From positions 64,001 through 128,000 of the forward strand of contig JBBRPR010000012.1 of assembly GCA_038227875.1 (NCBI GenBank): a DNA stretch of 64,000 nucleotides. Reading direction: 5' to 3'. Shown here piece after piece: positions 46,435 to 58,540 of this stretch. The stretch comes from Planctomycetota bacterium (GTDB lineage Bacteria > Planctomycetota > SZUA-567 > H5-PLA8). Numbering within the stretch: position 1 is the first letter of the stretch; each line of letters begins with the position of its first letter. Below the pieces are notes generated by a model. The model searched no databases. It was not told the DNA's origin and worked only from the letters and a program-made list of their open reading frames with translations. The translations under genes and the position numbers were made by a program.

Positions 46435-47418
46435 TCAAGACTGGGCCGTTTCGAACAATGCCGCGCTGTTCTTGCACCAGACCGCCAGCTCCTTTAAATG
46501 GGCGATCAGATCCTCTCGGGCATCGTGGGACATGTAGTCGCGGTAGCGGCCCAGCATTTCGACTTTGCGTTTAAACTCTTTGGCAGAAACGGTTTTCGCT
46601 GCGGCGTCGATGGTGCTCAAGACCCGTTCATCGGGCTTGCCTGATTCGGGAAGCATCTCGACTTGAGCGTCCAGCGAGCGTTCTTTAACCTCGTCCAAGC
46701 CGCCGCCATCGCGCACATGTTCGCTAAGCACCTGTGCAACATGATTGGCTACCTTCTGGACTTGAGCGCGAACACGCTTCACTTCCTGATTGGTCGGGCC
46801 TTCGTCTTCGGTCGTCACCTGCTGCATTTTATCTTTGGCGAAGGCTTTCTCGACTTTCGCCACTTCGCGCTGGATCGTGCGCGCCGCGGAGTGCGACATT
46901 CCTTTCAGCAGATCTCGCTCCAGCATGCCGCGGTCGAAGAGTCCCAATCGCTGCAGCGAAACGGCGACCTTGTCTTCGTTCCAACTGCCGCCGAGAAACT
47001 GGCTGATGTCCGACGCGGTCAGTTCGGTCATCGGCGTCTTGGTTTCTCGGCAGAGAAATTCGCGCGCGACGCGGATCGTTTCGTCGATGATGTCGGCCGT
47101 CACTTTGAATTCGTTGACGTTTTCGTTGGCCATGATCTGGATCATGGTCGCGTCGTCGAGATGGCGCACCGGGAGTTCGAAATGCATATCCGGTTCGATC
47201 ACCTTCTCAGCGACCAATTCCTTCAGCGCTTCGAGACGGTGATGGCCATAAGCGATTTCGTAGTGGTGGCCGTCTTCCGCTTTGCGCAGAAGGATGTTGT
47301 CCCAGAAGCCGGTGGAACGGATGCTGGCTTTGATGGCTTCGACTTTTTCGCGGTGGATGGGGTAGTGAGCGGTATCGCGAAACGGGTTCGGACGCAAGTC
47401 CTTGAGACTAATCTTCAT
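46435..47418 (-). CDS. ParB/Srx-like N-terminal domain protein (orphan)
   Basis: ISLKDLRPNPFR...ASIRSTGF..ILLR..YEIAYGHHRLEA...IMANEN; HTH-like ASDISQFLG. Confidence 0.8.
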   Translation of the reverse strand: MKISLKDLRPNPFRDTAHYPIHREKVEAIKASIRSTGFWDNILLRKAEDGHHYEIAYGHHRLEALKELVAEKVIEPDMHFELPVRHLDDATMIQIMANENVNEFKVTADIIDETIRVAREFLCRETKTPMTELTASDISQFLGGSWNEDKVAVSLQRLGLFDRGMLERDLLKGMSHSAARTIQREVAKVEKAFAKDKMQQVTTEDEGPTNQEVKRVRAQVQKVANHVAQVLSEHVRDGGGLDEVKERSLDAQVEMLPESGKPDERVLSTIDAAAKTVSAKEFKRKVEMLGRYRDYMSHDAREDLIAHLKELAVWCKNSAALFETAQS

Positions 47419-47507
47419 GCGCGCAGATTCTCTCCGGGAAATCGAATTTTGATGGGACAAAGTTACGCGGGTCGGGAATGATTGCAAACGCAACGCGCAA
47501 AGCAATT

Positions 47508-47529
47508 GTGGTGCAGCCGTCCCGCCTGC
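47508..47529 (+). repeat. GTGG-type REP-like palindrome
   Basis: GTGGTGCAGCCGTCCCGCCTGC; related to the copy at 1100-1120. Confidence 0.55.
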
Positions 47530-47566
47530 AAACTACCTGTATTCCCGATATTGAGGAGGTCTGTCC

Positions 47567-47974
47567 ATGTCCGCTCCCGATCCCGTAGCCACCGAACTGT
47601 TGAAACTGACCCAACGCCTGCTCGAGAGCATCGTCAACAGCGACTGGGCGACGTACGAACAACTGTGCGACCCTTCGCTGACCGCGTTCGAGCCCGAAGC
47701 GTTGGGGCATCTGGTGGAAGGTCTCGCCTTCCATCGCTTCTATTTTGAATTGCCCGGCACGAAGGTGTTACGTCATCAAACCATGAGCGACCCCAAAGTG
47801 CGCGTGATCGGCGATGTCGGCATTGTGACATACGTTCGCCTGATCCAGCGCGCTGGAGCGGAGGGCCGCGGTCCCGTCACCGGCGGCTACGAAGAAACGC
47901 GTGTCTGGCATTGTCAGAACGGCATCTGGCGCCACGTCCACTTTCATCGTTCGCCAATTGGGCGGACGGAATGA
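47567..47974 (+). CDS. CaMKII association (hub) domain protein, NTF2-like fold
   Basis: LCDPSLTAFEPEALGHLVEGLAFHRFYF...EETRVWH...WRHVHFHRS; RBS GAGGAGG. Confidence 0.9.
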   Translation: MSAPDPVATELLKLTQRLLESIVNSDWATYEQLCDPSLTAFEPEALGHLVEGLAFHRFYFELPGTKVLRHQTMSDPKVRVIGDVGIVTYVRLIQRAGAEGRGPVTGGYEETRVWHCQNGIWRHVHFHRSPIGRTE

Positions 47975-48252
47975 GGCGGGGTTAGCATACGATTTCTGGC
48001 AATTCATGTTGTTTTTGACACAATCAATGTCCTCAAAACCCAGTTCATTTCGCCTTCGAAATAGCAACTTCGTCCGCCCCCGCGTGGCCGCCACGATAGG
48101 ATGGAACATTTCCCTCTAAACCCAATTGCACCTGTGACTTGGAATCACTGGTGCAGCAGATTTATTTAAGTTGACTGTGGGTTTTCTGACGCTTTCTCGT
48201 AAGACTGTCGTATAGACATTAGGCACACATTCATCTGAGCGGGCGGGTAGTA

Positions 48253-50610
48253 ATGGCGGATCTGAAACGCGTTGGAAACTACGAAATCCTGGGCCGCATC
48301 GGTCGCGGCGGGATGGGTGCCGTTTTTCGGGCACGCCAGATCAACATGGACCGCGTCATTGCGCTCAAGATTTTACCGCCCAGTCTTGCCAAGCAACCGA
48401 CGTTCATCGACCGCTTCATGCGTGAAGCCCGCGCGTCGGCGAAGCTCAATCACCCCAACATTGTCAATGGCATCGATGTCGGCCAGCAGGGCGGTTTGTA
48501 CTATTTCGCCATGGAGTACATCGAAGGCTCCAGCCTCAAATCGGTGATCGACAAAGAAGAGCGCCTGCCCGAAGAGCGCGCGGTTGAAATCACCCGCGAG
48601 ATTGCGCTGGCGCTGGAGCATGCGCATACGCATGGCATTCTTCACCGTGACATCAAGCCCGACAATATTTTGATTGATAAGAACGGCACCGCGAAGCTTT
48701 GCGATCTGGGCCTGGCGCATCTGGCCACGGAATCGGAAGATGAGAAAAGCCTGACGCAGAGCGGGCGGGCGGTCGGCACGCCGCATTATATTTCTCCTGA
48801 ACAGGCGCGCGGCGCGGCCGATCTCGATGCGACGACAGATCTGTACTCGCTGGGCGCTACGCTTTATCACATGGTCACCGGCGTGACGGTCTTTCAGGGC
48901 GCCACGGCCGTGGTGATCATGACCAAGCACCTCTCGGAAAAGCCAGTTCATCCCGGCGATTTCGGAGCGGACTTGAGCGAGGGCGTGCTGAAGGTTCTGG
49001 CCAAGCTGCTCCAGAAAAATCGCACCGATCGCTACACGTCGGCCCGCAAGCTCGCCGACGATCTCGAACGGCTTTTGCAGCACAAGGAACCGAAGTTCGC
49101 CGAACTCTCCGCGGACAAGTGGCCGTTCAAGGGCAAACCGCAGCAGAAGGAATCCGGCCCGGCCGCCGCTTCGCGCAACGCCATCGTGCCCGGCTCCGCG
49201 CTGGAAAAAAGCTCGCACAATCTACGCGTACCCGGCCGCCGTCCCACGCGCATGGGCGTGTCCGAGGGGGGCGTGCCTGTCGCGGCTTTCATTGGTATGG
49301 GCGTGGTGCTAGCGGGAGTGCTGGTCTTCCTGCTGACGGCGTCGGACAGCGACCCCAAGGTGAAGTCGGCCGCGGGTTCGTCCAAAAATTCAACTGTTGC
49401 AGCCGCCGAAACTCACCGCGAAGGTGCAGCCGTGCCTGAGGCCTCACGCCCCATCGCGACACGCAAGAACACCAGTGACACGCCGGCCGCTCCGAAGTCC
49501 AGCGAATCCACGCTTCCGCAGCACGAGGAACTGGCGCCAAAATCCACGACCGCGACGATGGAAGCGCTCTCGAACATCCCCAAGAGCCGAGTGATGGGCG
49601 ATTCGTCCGTGGATGCGCCGCCGTCGATCGAAACGCCGGCGTTGTTGCATCCGTCGATTCAAAAATCGCTCAGCGACGCGCGGGTGCTGCTGAATAACAA
49701 GGAATTCAAAGCCACGCTGAAGAAGCTCGAACAGATCCGTGGCGATTTCGCTGGAAGCAGCGACCTGAGCGAACAGGCCGCGGAACTGGCTCGCATCGAG
49801 AAGTCCGCCAAAGATGGCGACGCAGGAATCCAGATCGCCGCCATCCCGCCGACTCAGGCCCCCGTTCCGCCGGTGGCGCCGCCTCCGGTCGACGTCAAGG
49901 TCGCCGACACCAAGCCCGCCAAGCCTGATGTGTTGAAGGCCGTGGAACCCCCGAAAGTGGTTGCGGTCGCGAAGCCAAAGACGATCAATCTGATGGATAG
50001 GGTTCAGCGCTCAGATAACGATGGCGGCAACAATTCAGGGGCGAATGCTTTCTCCGCCAAAAAGAATGATCTCTATTATGTGGGTGGCAGGAACGGCGCC
50101 GTCGACTTCCTTTACCAGCCGCCGGAAGAGTACGATTACAAGATCGTCTTCAAATTCGACCTTCAGTCCGCCGTTCAAAACGGCGGTGGAAGTGGCAAGA
50201 AAAGCAACGCACCGTACGGTTTTGCGATGATGTACGTTCCCGTCGGCGGGAAGTCGCTGGTCTGCTACCTGCCATTTGGCACCAGCGGCCAATACGCCTT
50301 CGACTACATCAACCGGGCACGGTACACAGAATCCAGCAATCCGACGCGCCGGGAATACGCGCGTATGAAGATCGATACGGAGTACACCGCCGTACTGCAG
50401 GTTCGCAAGGACCTGATCACCCTTACGCTGGATGGCGAGAAAGTGACGCTCTGCCGCCGTGACGGCACGAACCCCACCAGCGATGCGGAAGTGAAACTCG
50501 ACGATGCCAAGAACCTTGGCATCGGCGCCGTCAACCGTATCAATCTCCACGTGATGGAGGCCACCGTCACGGAACTCTCTGCACCACCAGAAGTCGCGAA
50601 CAAGAAGTAG
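48253..50610 (+). CDS. Membrane-anchored Hanks-type Ser/Thr protein kinase
   Basis: GRGGMG, ALK, HRDIKPDN, CDLG, GTPHYISPEQ; one TM; Pro-rich linker; extracytoplasmic beta domain. Confidence 0.95.
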   Translation: MADLKRVGNYEILGRIGRGGMGAVFRARQINMDRVIALKILPPSLAKQPTFIDRFMREARASAKLNHPNIVNGIDVGQQGGLYYFAMEYIEGSSLKSVIDKEERLPEERAVEITREIALALEHAHTHGILHRDIKPDNILIDKNGTAKLCDLGLAHLATESEDEKSLTQSGRAVGTPHYISPEQARGAADLDATTDLYSLGATLYHMVTGVTVFQGATAVVIMTKHLSEKPVHPGDFGADLSEGVLKVLAKLLQKNRTDRYTSARKLADDLERLLQHKEPKFAELSADKWPFKGKPQQKESGPAAASRNAIVPGSALEKSSHNLRVPGRRPTRMGVSEGGVPVAAFIGMGVVLAGVLVFLLTASDSDPKVKSAAGSSKNSTVAAAETHREGAAVPEASRPIATRKNTSDTPAAPKSSESTLPQHEELAPKSTTATMEALSNIPKSRVMGDSSVDAPPSIETPALLHPSIQKSLSDARVLLNNKEFKATLKKLEQIRGDFAGSSDLSEQAAELARIEKSAKDGDAGIQIAAIPPTQAPVPPVAPPPVDVKVADTKPAKPDVLKAVEPPKVVAVAKPKTINLMDRVQRSDNDGGNNSGANAFSAKKNDLYYVGGRNGAVDFLYQPPEEYDYKIVFKFDLQSAVQNGGGSGKKSNAPYGFAMMYVPVGGKSLVCYLPFGTSGQYAFDYINRARYTESSNPTRREYARMKIDTEYTAVLQVRKDLITLTLDGEKVTLCRRDGTNPTSDAEVKLDDAKNLGIGAVNRINLHVMEATVTELSAPPEVANKK

Positions 50611-50637
50611 CGCACCGCCTGGTCGATTATCGATCTT

Positions 50638-51400
50638 TTAGTTCGGTCTGCGCATTCTGCTGAAGCGGAGTAGGTGGCGCGACGATTCGGACAATTGCTC
50701 CCAGACCGGTTCCTCCACGCAGACGGGTTCGACGTGAAAATAGCGAAACCACGGACGCGTGTACGCCAGCGCCAGCATGGCGCGAGGCTCATTGCCGCGG
50801 TTGGGCGTGCCCCGATGCCACGTACGTAATTCGCGCAAGAGAACCGAACCCTGCTTCATGGTCGCCTTGTAGGAATGCATTCCAGACGCCACCTGCTCGA
50901 TGCGCTGCGGGTTGGGAACCCACTGCGTGCCGCCCGGCCACAATTCCATCGGCGCGAGTTCCTCGGTAACTTCCTGCAACGGAATGTTGAGTGTTAATTC
51001 ATATGGCGGAGTAACAATTCCGGCCGCTTCAGGGAAAAGTTCCGCAGGTTCGTCGCGATGAATGGGTTGGTAATCGGTACCGGGAAGCGGCGTATCGGAC
51101 GCGTAGCATCCCAGTGCGCAGTCGGGCCCGAGCACCCCGCGGATGATGGGCAACACGCGCTCGTTGGCGTAGAGGAGGGGACTGTTGAACGGCGCGGTAA
51201 AAGGGATGACGATGTGATGGCGGCCCTTGCCGCGATTGTTGGCCGCGCGCTCAACCTTTTCCTTTAGTAGCGGCAAAAAGGCGTCCCGTGCCTCGCAGCA
51301 AGACGTAACCGTTGACGCGCAGTCGTTCGGCCAGCGATTCTTCGTCGTCTTTCGCGACCGGTTCCGGGATATCCGAACTCTGTCGATTGTTGCGATCCAT
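50638..51400 (-). pseudogene. Phytanoyl-CoA dioxygenase-family (Fe/2OG) gene with frameshift
   Basis: AGGAGA-ATG 51400 gives ...LRVNGYVLLRG, while EARDAFLP...HRD...LWPGG..WHRG lies in another frame; span is 763 nt, not a multiple of 3. Confidence 0.75.
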
Positions 51401-51478
51401 TGCGTTCTCCTGAGAGCCGCAAGGAACCTACCCCGCTGGCGGGGCATTAGAAATGCACGCGTCCCGGATTCGCGACAT

Positions 51479-52354
51479 TCACTTTTCTGCGGTGCGGTGT
51501 CTGGCGCGGAAGGCCAGGGCGGTCATTCCGGTCTTGTGTTTGAACTGCCGGTAAAAAAAGTACGGGGAGTCATACCCCAGCACGGCGGCGATCTCCTGCG
51601 CCGGCATGTCGGTGCCCGCGAGATATTCCTTCGCCTTGTTGATGCGGATTGAAATGGCGTAATCGCGCGGCGACATCCCCACTTCGGCCTTGAAGACGTG
51701 AGAGAAGTGAGAAGGGCTGAGGAAGCAACGGCGCGCCAGTTCCGTCAGTTCGGGCGGCCGGTCCAGGTTCTTCTGAATGGCATCCAGCGCTGCCTGCACA
51801 CGGCTGATTTTTCGCGGACTTTTCCTGTTACGCGCGATCCACTCCTGCATCGCCCGGCGCATCAACACGAAGAATTCGACCAGGTAGGCGCTGAGCAGCA
51901 GACCGGAATTCTCGAGCGCGCTGCGTTGTTCGTCGAGCATCCGGGTGAAGAGTTCCATGAACCGTTTGCGCTTTCCCAACTGTAACACGGGACCGGGCGC
52001 CTCCTCGAGCGGCAGTTCCACGCCTGATCGGAGCAGGCGTTCTGCTTTGAAACGGAGCGTCACGAAGGAAATGGTTTTGGAGCCGTGGCATTCCGCGTGT
52101 TCCTCGCCCGGCTTGAATAAAATCAAGTCTCCTGCTCGCGCCTCATAATCGCGGTCGCGCAGCCGCAGTCGGCGGCAGCCTTTCGTGATGTAGAGGACTT
52201 CGAAATGGGGATGCTGGTGGGGCTCAATGGCGTACGGCGCTTTTTCGTTGCTCGTCAGTTCGACCATGTTCGGTCCAAATTCCGAATAGAGAAACGAGTA
52301 CGAAACACCGCGCTCGTAATTCCAGACTGAACCCGGTTTGGGAAATACGGTCAT
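51479..52354 (-). CDS. AraC-family regulator with cupin domain
   Basis: HQHPHFEVLY...PGEEH; LSPSHFSHVFK...IAAVLGYDSPYFFYRQFK..TG. Confidence 0.93.
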   Translation of the reverse strand: MTVFPKPGSVWNYERGVSYSFLYSEFGPNMVELTSNEKAPYAIEPHQHPHFEVLYITKGCRRLRLRDRDYEARAGDLILFKPGEEHAECHGSKTISFVTLRFKAERLLRSGVELPLEEAPGPVLQLGKRKRFMELFTRMLDEQRSALENSGLLLSAYLVEFFVLMRRAMQEWIARNRKSPRKISRVQAALDAIQKNLDRPPELTELARRCFLSPSHFSHVFKAEVGMSPRDYAISIRINKAKEYLAGTDMPAQEIAAVLGYDSPYFFYRQFKHKTGMTALAFRARHRTAEK

Positions 52355-52477
52355 GAGTCGGCTCCAGCACTTTGCTGCAGGTTATGGAAGGCCTCCCGCT
52401 TGCGAGACTCCAATTGTAACCCGCGGGCGTGGATCGCCATTCGACATTCTGTCACTTCGTCACTACTTTCTCTGGGC

Positions 52478-53731
52478 ATGAATTCGGCTCAGGAAACGTA
52501 CGCGCGATTGGGCTTGAGGGCTCCCGATGAGGCCACGGCCGGCGCATGGGATGAGACGCAACGCAGCTACCCTGGGAATACCGGCGGCGCCCCCTTTGTC
52601 TTTGCGCCGGAGTATGTCGCCCGCTGCTGCGCGGACTTGCGATTCAGCGCCGAGGTCGTCGATGCGCTGAAACTCGCAGCGGAAGAATGCCACCGGAGCG
52701 AGGATATCAACCGGCTGGGTTGGCACTGGTATCAGCGGCTGAGCATCGGGGCGAGGATTCCGCACTTTCCGGCGGTCTGGGAACTGAACGCAAACTGGGC
52801 CCGACTGTTCTTCGCGCTGGTTTTCGTCGCACGGTCACCGCGCGTTCTGGAATTTCATCGCACGCGACGGATCGTCCATGCGATCTCCATCGATACACTT
52901 TCGGATTTGGAACTTTGGGCCCGCGAACACAAACGCCTGAAAGGGCAGTGGGGCATGCACATGCCGGGCTGGCTCTCCAATCACTTTACCGGCCGCCTGT
53001 TCAAACTTGGACGTCTGCAATTTGAGTCCCACAATTCGTACAGCGATGTGGTGGCCTACCGGAATACGGCGACGCAAAAGGTCGTTCTCTTTGCCGGGTC
53101 GGGCGCTTTTCGTGCCGATGGCCAGTACGCGTCCGCCGATCGCGGGCGGGAACGCGCGGCGTTCACGGCCGAATTCTCTGATGACGGCTCACGTATTCGC
53201 GGCCATCCTGTGTCACCGCGCGGGTTCGTATTGCAGAAGCCGGTAGAGTTGAACTCCGCGGAGTGGACGCGGATTTTCGGACCGGGCGATCCGGTGCTCG
53301 GCATTCACATCGCAGCGACAGGACCCATGGACCACGCGGAATGCGGAAGTTCAATGTTCCGAGCGGCGCCATTTTACGCCGCTCATTTTCCCGACCGCCC
53401 GTTTAAGGCATTCGCCTGCGGATCGTGGTTGCTGGACCCGCAATTTGAAAAGTACCTGCCACGCGAATCCAACATCGTGCGGTTTCTTTCGGAATTTTAT
53501 CTCCATCCCGCGCCGCACGCGCATGACGAGCAGACCTACGATCGCGTATTCGACAATGCGCACATCGACGTCAACGTCGCGCCGCAGCGCTCCGCCCTGC
53601 AGAAAGCAATTGTGGAACACGTCAACTCAGGCGGACGCTGGCGAGCGGGATCGGCGCTGTATTTTCCAGACGATTTGAACTGGGGAACGCAGGTTTATCG
53701 CGCGATGTGGCCGAAGGGGCTAAATTTATAG
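52478..53731 (+). CDS. Acyltransferase of the teicoplanin Orf11*/Dbv8-like (DUF5596 plus GNAT-like) family
   Basis: LFKLGRLQF, VLGIHIA..GP, CGSWLLDP..YLP.ESNIVRF, SALQKAI. Confidence 0.7.
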   Translation: MNSAQETYARLGLRAPDEATAGAWDETQRSYPGNTGGAPFVFAPEYVARCCADLRFSAEVVDALKLAAEECHRSEDINRLGWHWYQRLSIGARIPHFPAVWELNANWARLFFALVFVARSPRVLEFHRTRRIVHAISIDTLSDLELWAREHKRLKGQWGMHMPGWLSNHFTGRLFKLGRLQFESHNSYSDVVAYRNTATQKVVLFAGSGAFRADGQYASADRGRERAAFTAEFSDDGSRIRGHPVSPRGFVLQKPVELNSAEWTRIFGPGDPVLGIHIAATGPMDHAECGSSMFRAAPFYAAHFPDRPFKAFACGSWLLDPQFEKYLPRESNIVRFLSEFYLHPAPHAHDEQTYDRVFDNAHIDVNVAPQRSALQKAIVEHVNSGGRWRAGSALYFPDDLNWGTQVYRAMWPKGLNL

Positions 53732-53944
53732 CAGATTTTCGTAGAGAAATTCGAAAGTCAATTGTCGGGGAAACTTTATCCATTAATTTCAGGAGGATCG
53801 AAGGCGGGCGGCCACGCGAAAAAACGGCCACCATTCCTTTCAATCCGCTCACAAGCGTGTAATCTCCTCCGCGGAAAAAAATACGCGGAGCTCCGGTGAC
53901 ACCACGTCCTCGGAGTGCCAACACAGGGAGTTAGAACACCTTAA

Positions 53945-57187
<3,243 letters not shown>

Positions 57188-57230
57188 CGCGCCACTCACG
57201 CAGCTGTTAAGAGAAGCAGGAGATTTGTCG

Positions 57231-58532
57231 ATGCGCATTACTGTTGTGGGTACCGGTTATGTAGGTCTGGTCGCCGGGACGTGTTTTGCCGAATTCGGCA
57301 ACCAGGTCTGCGGTCTGGACATCGACGCGGCCAAGGTTGAGCGTTTGTCGCGCGGCGAGATGACGATTTTTGAACCCGGTCTCGCTGACCTGTTTCACCG
57401 CGGACTGCGCGAAGGCCGCCTGAACTTCACCACCAATTACGATGACGCCGTGGCCAGCGCGGAAGTGATTTTCCTCTGCCTGCCCACGCCGCCGTCTGAA
57501 GACGGCTCGGCCGACACGCGGTATGTGCTCAGTGCCGTCCGCGAAATCGCCAAGCGTTTGAAGAAGTACACCGTGCTGGTCTCCAAGAGCACCGTGCCGA
57601 TCGGCACGTACAAGGAGATCATCGCGGAAGTAAAGCTGCACTACGCCGGCGATTTTGGCGTCGCGTCAAATCCGGAGTTCCTGAAGGAAGGCGCCGCCGT
57701 CGAAGATTTCATGAAGCCCGACCGCGTGGTGCTGGGCGTCACCGACGACCACTCGTTCAAGTTACTCGCATCGCTGTACGAACCGTTCGTCCGCACCGGC
57801 GCGCCGATCATGCGCATGGATCCGGCGTCGGCGGAACTGACCAAGTACGCCGCCAATGGATTCCTGGCGACCAAGATTTCATTCATGAATGAAATCGCCC
57901 GACTGTGCGAAAAGTGCGGTGCCGACGTGGATCTCGTGCGCACCGGCATGAGCAAGGATGCACGCATCGGCAGCGCGTTCCTCTTTCCCGGCATCGGCTA
58001 CGGCGGCTCGTGTTTCCCCAAGGACACACGCGCTCTGGTTCAATCCGCGCGCAAGCTGCAGTTGAACATGAACATCGTCGAATCCGCTGAGCTGGTCAAT
58101 GAGACGCAGAAGCTGATCCTGCTGCCGAAAATTCTCTCGCACTTCGGCGGCTCGATTGCCGGCAAGACCATCGCGATCTGGGGCCTGGCGTTCAAGCCGC
58201 GCACCGACGATATCCGCGATGCCCCGGCGCTGGCGCTGATCGATAAGCTGCTGCAGAACAAGGCCAAGGTCCGCGCCTTCGATCCGGAAGCGATGAACAA
58301 CGTCCGCAAGGTTGTCGGCACCAAGATCGAGTACGGCCAGAACGCCTACGACACGCTGACCGGCGCCGACGCGCTGGTGGTCGCGACCGAGTGGAACGAA
58401 TTCCGCTCGCCTTCGTGGGACCGCATCAAGTCCGCGCTGAGCACGCCGGTGGTCTTCGACGGCCGCAACATCTATCGACCCGAACAGGTCCGGGAGCTGG
58501 GCTTCACGTACTACTGCATTGGCAAGCCGTAG
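57231..58532 (+). CDS. ugd: UDP-glucose 6-dehydrogenase
   Basis: GTGYVG, KSTVP, NPEFLKEG, GYGGSCFPKD, GLAFKP, DGRN. Confidence 0.95.
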   Translation: MRITVVGTGYVGLVAGTCFAEFGNQVCGLDIDAAKVERLSRGEMTIFEPGLADLFHRGLREGRLNFTTNYDDAVASAEVIFLCLPTPPSEDGSADTRYVLSAVREIAKRLKKYTVLVSKSTVPIGTYKEIIAEVKLHYAGDFGVASNPEFLKEGAAVEDFMKPDRVVLGVTDDHSFKLLASLYEPFVRTGAPIMRMDPASAELTKYAANGFLATKISFMNEIARLCEKCGADVDLVRTGMSKDARIGSAFLFPGIGYGGSCFPKDTRALVQSARKLQLNMNIVESAELVNETQKLILLPKILSHFGGSIAGKTIAIWGLAFKPRTDDIRDAPALALIDKLLQNKAKVRAFDPEAMNNVRKVVGTKIEYGQNAYDTLTGADALVVATEWNEFRSPSWDRIKSALSTPVVFDGRNIYRPEQVRELGFTYYCIGKP

Positions 58533-58540
58533 CTGCCCAT

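Noticed and set aside
53865..53915. Two hairpins upstream of carB as a possible PyrR attenuator; carA is absent from the window
   Set aside because: No PyrR-binding consensus or U-tailed terminator, and split carA/carB loci are common.
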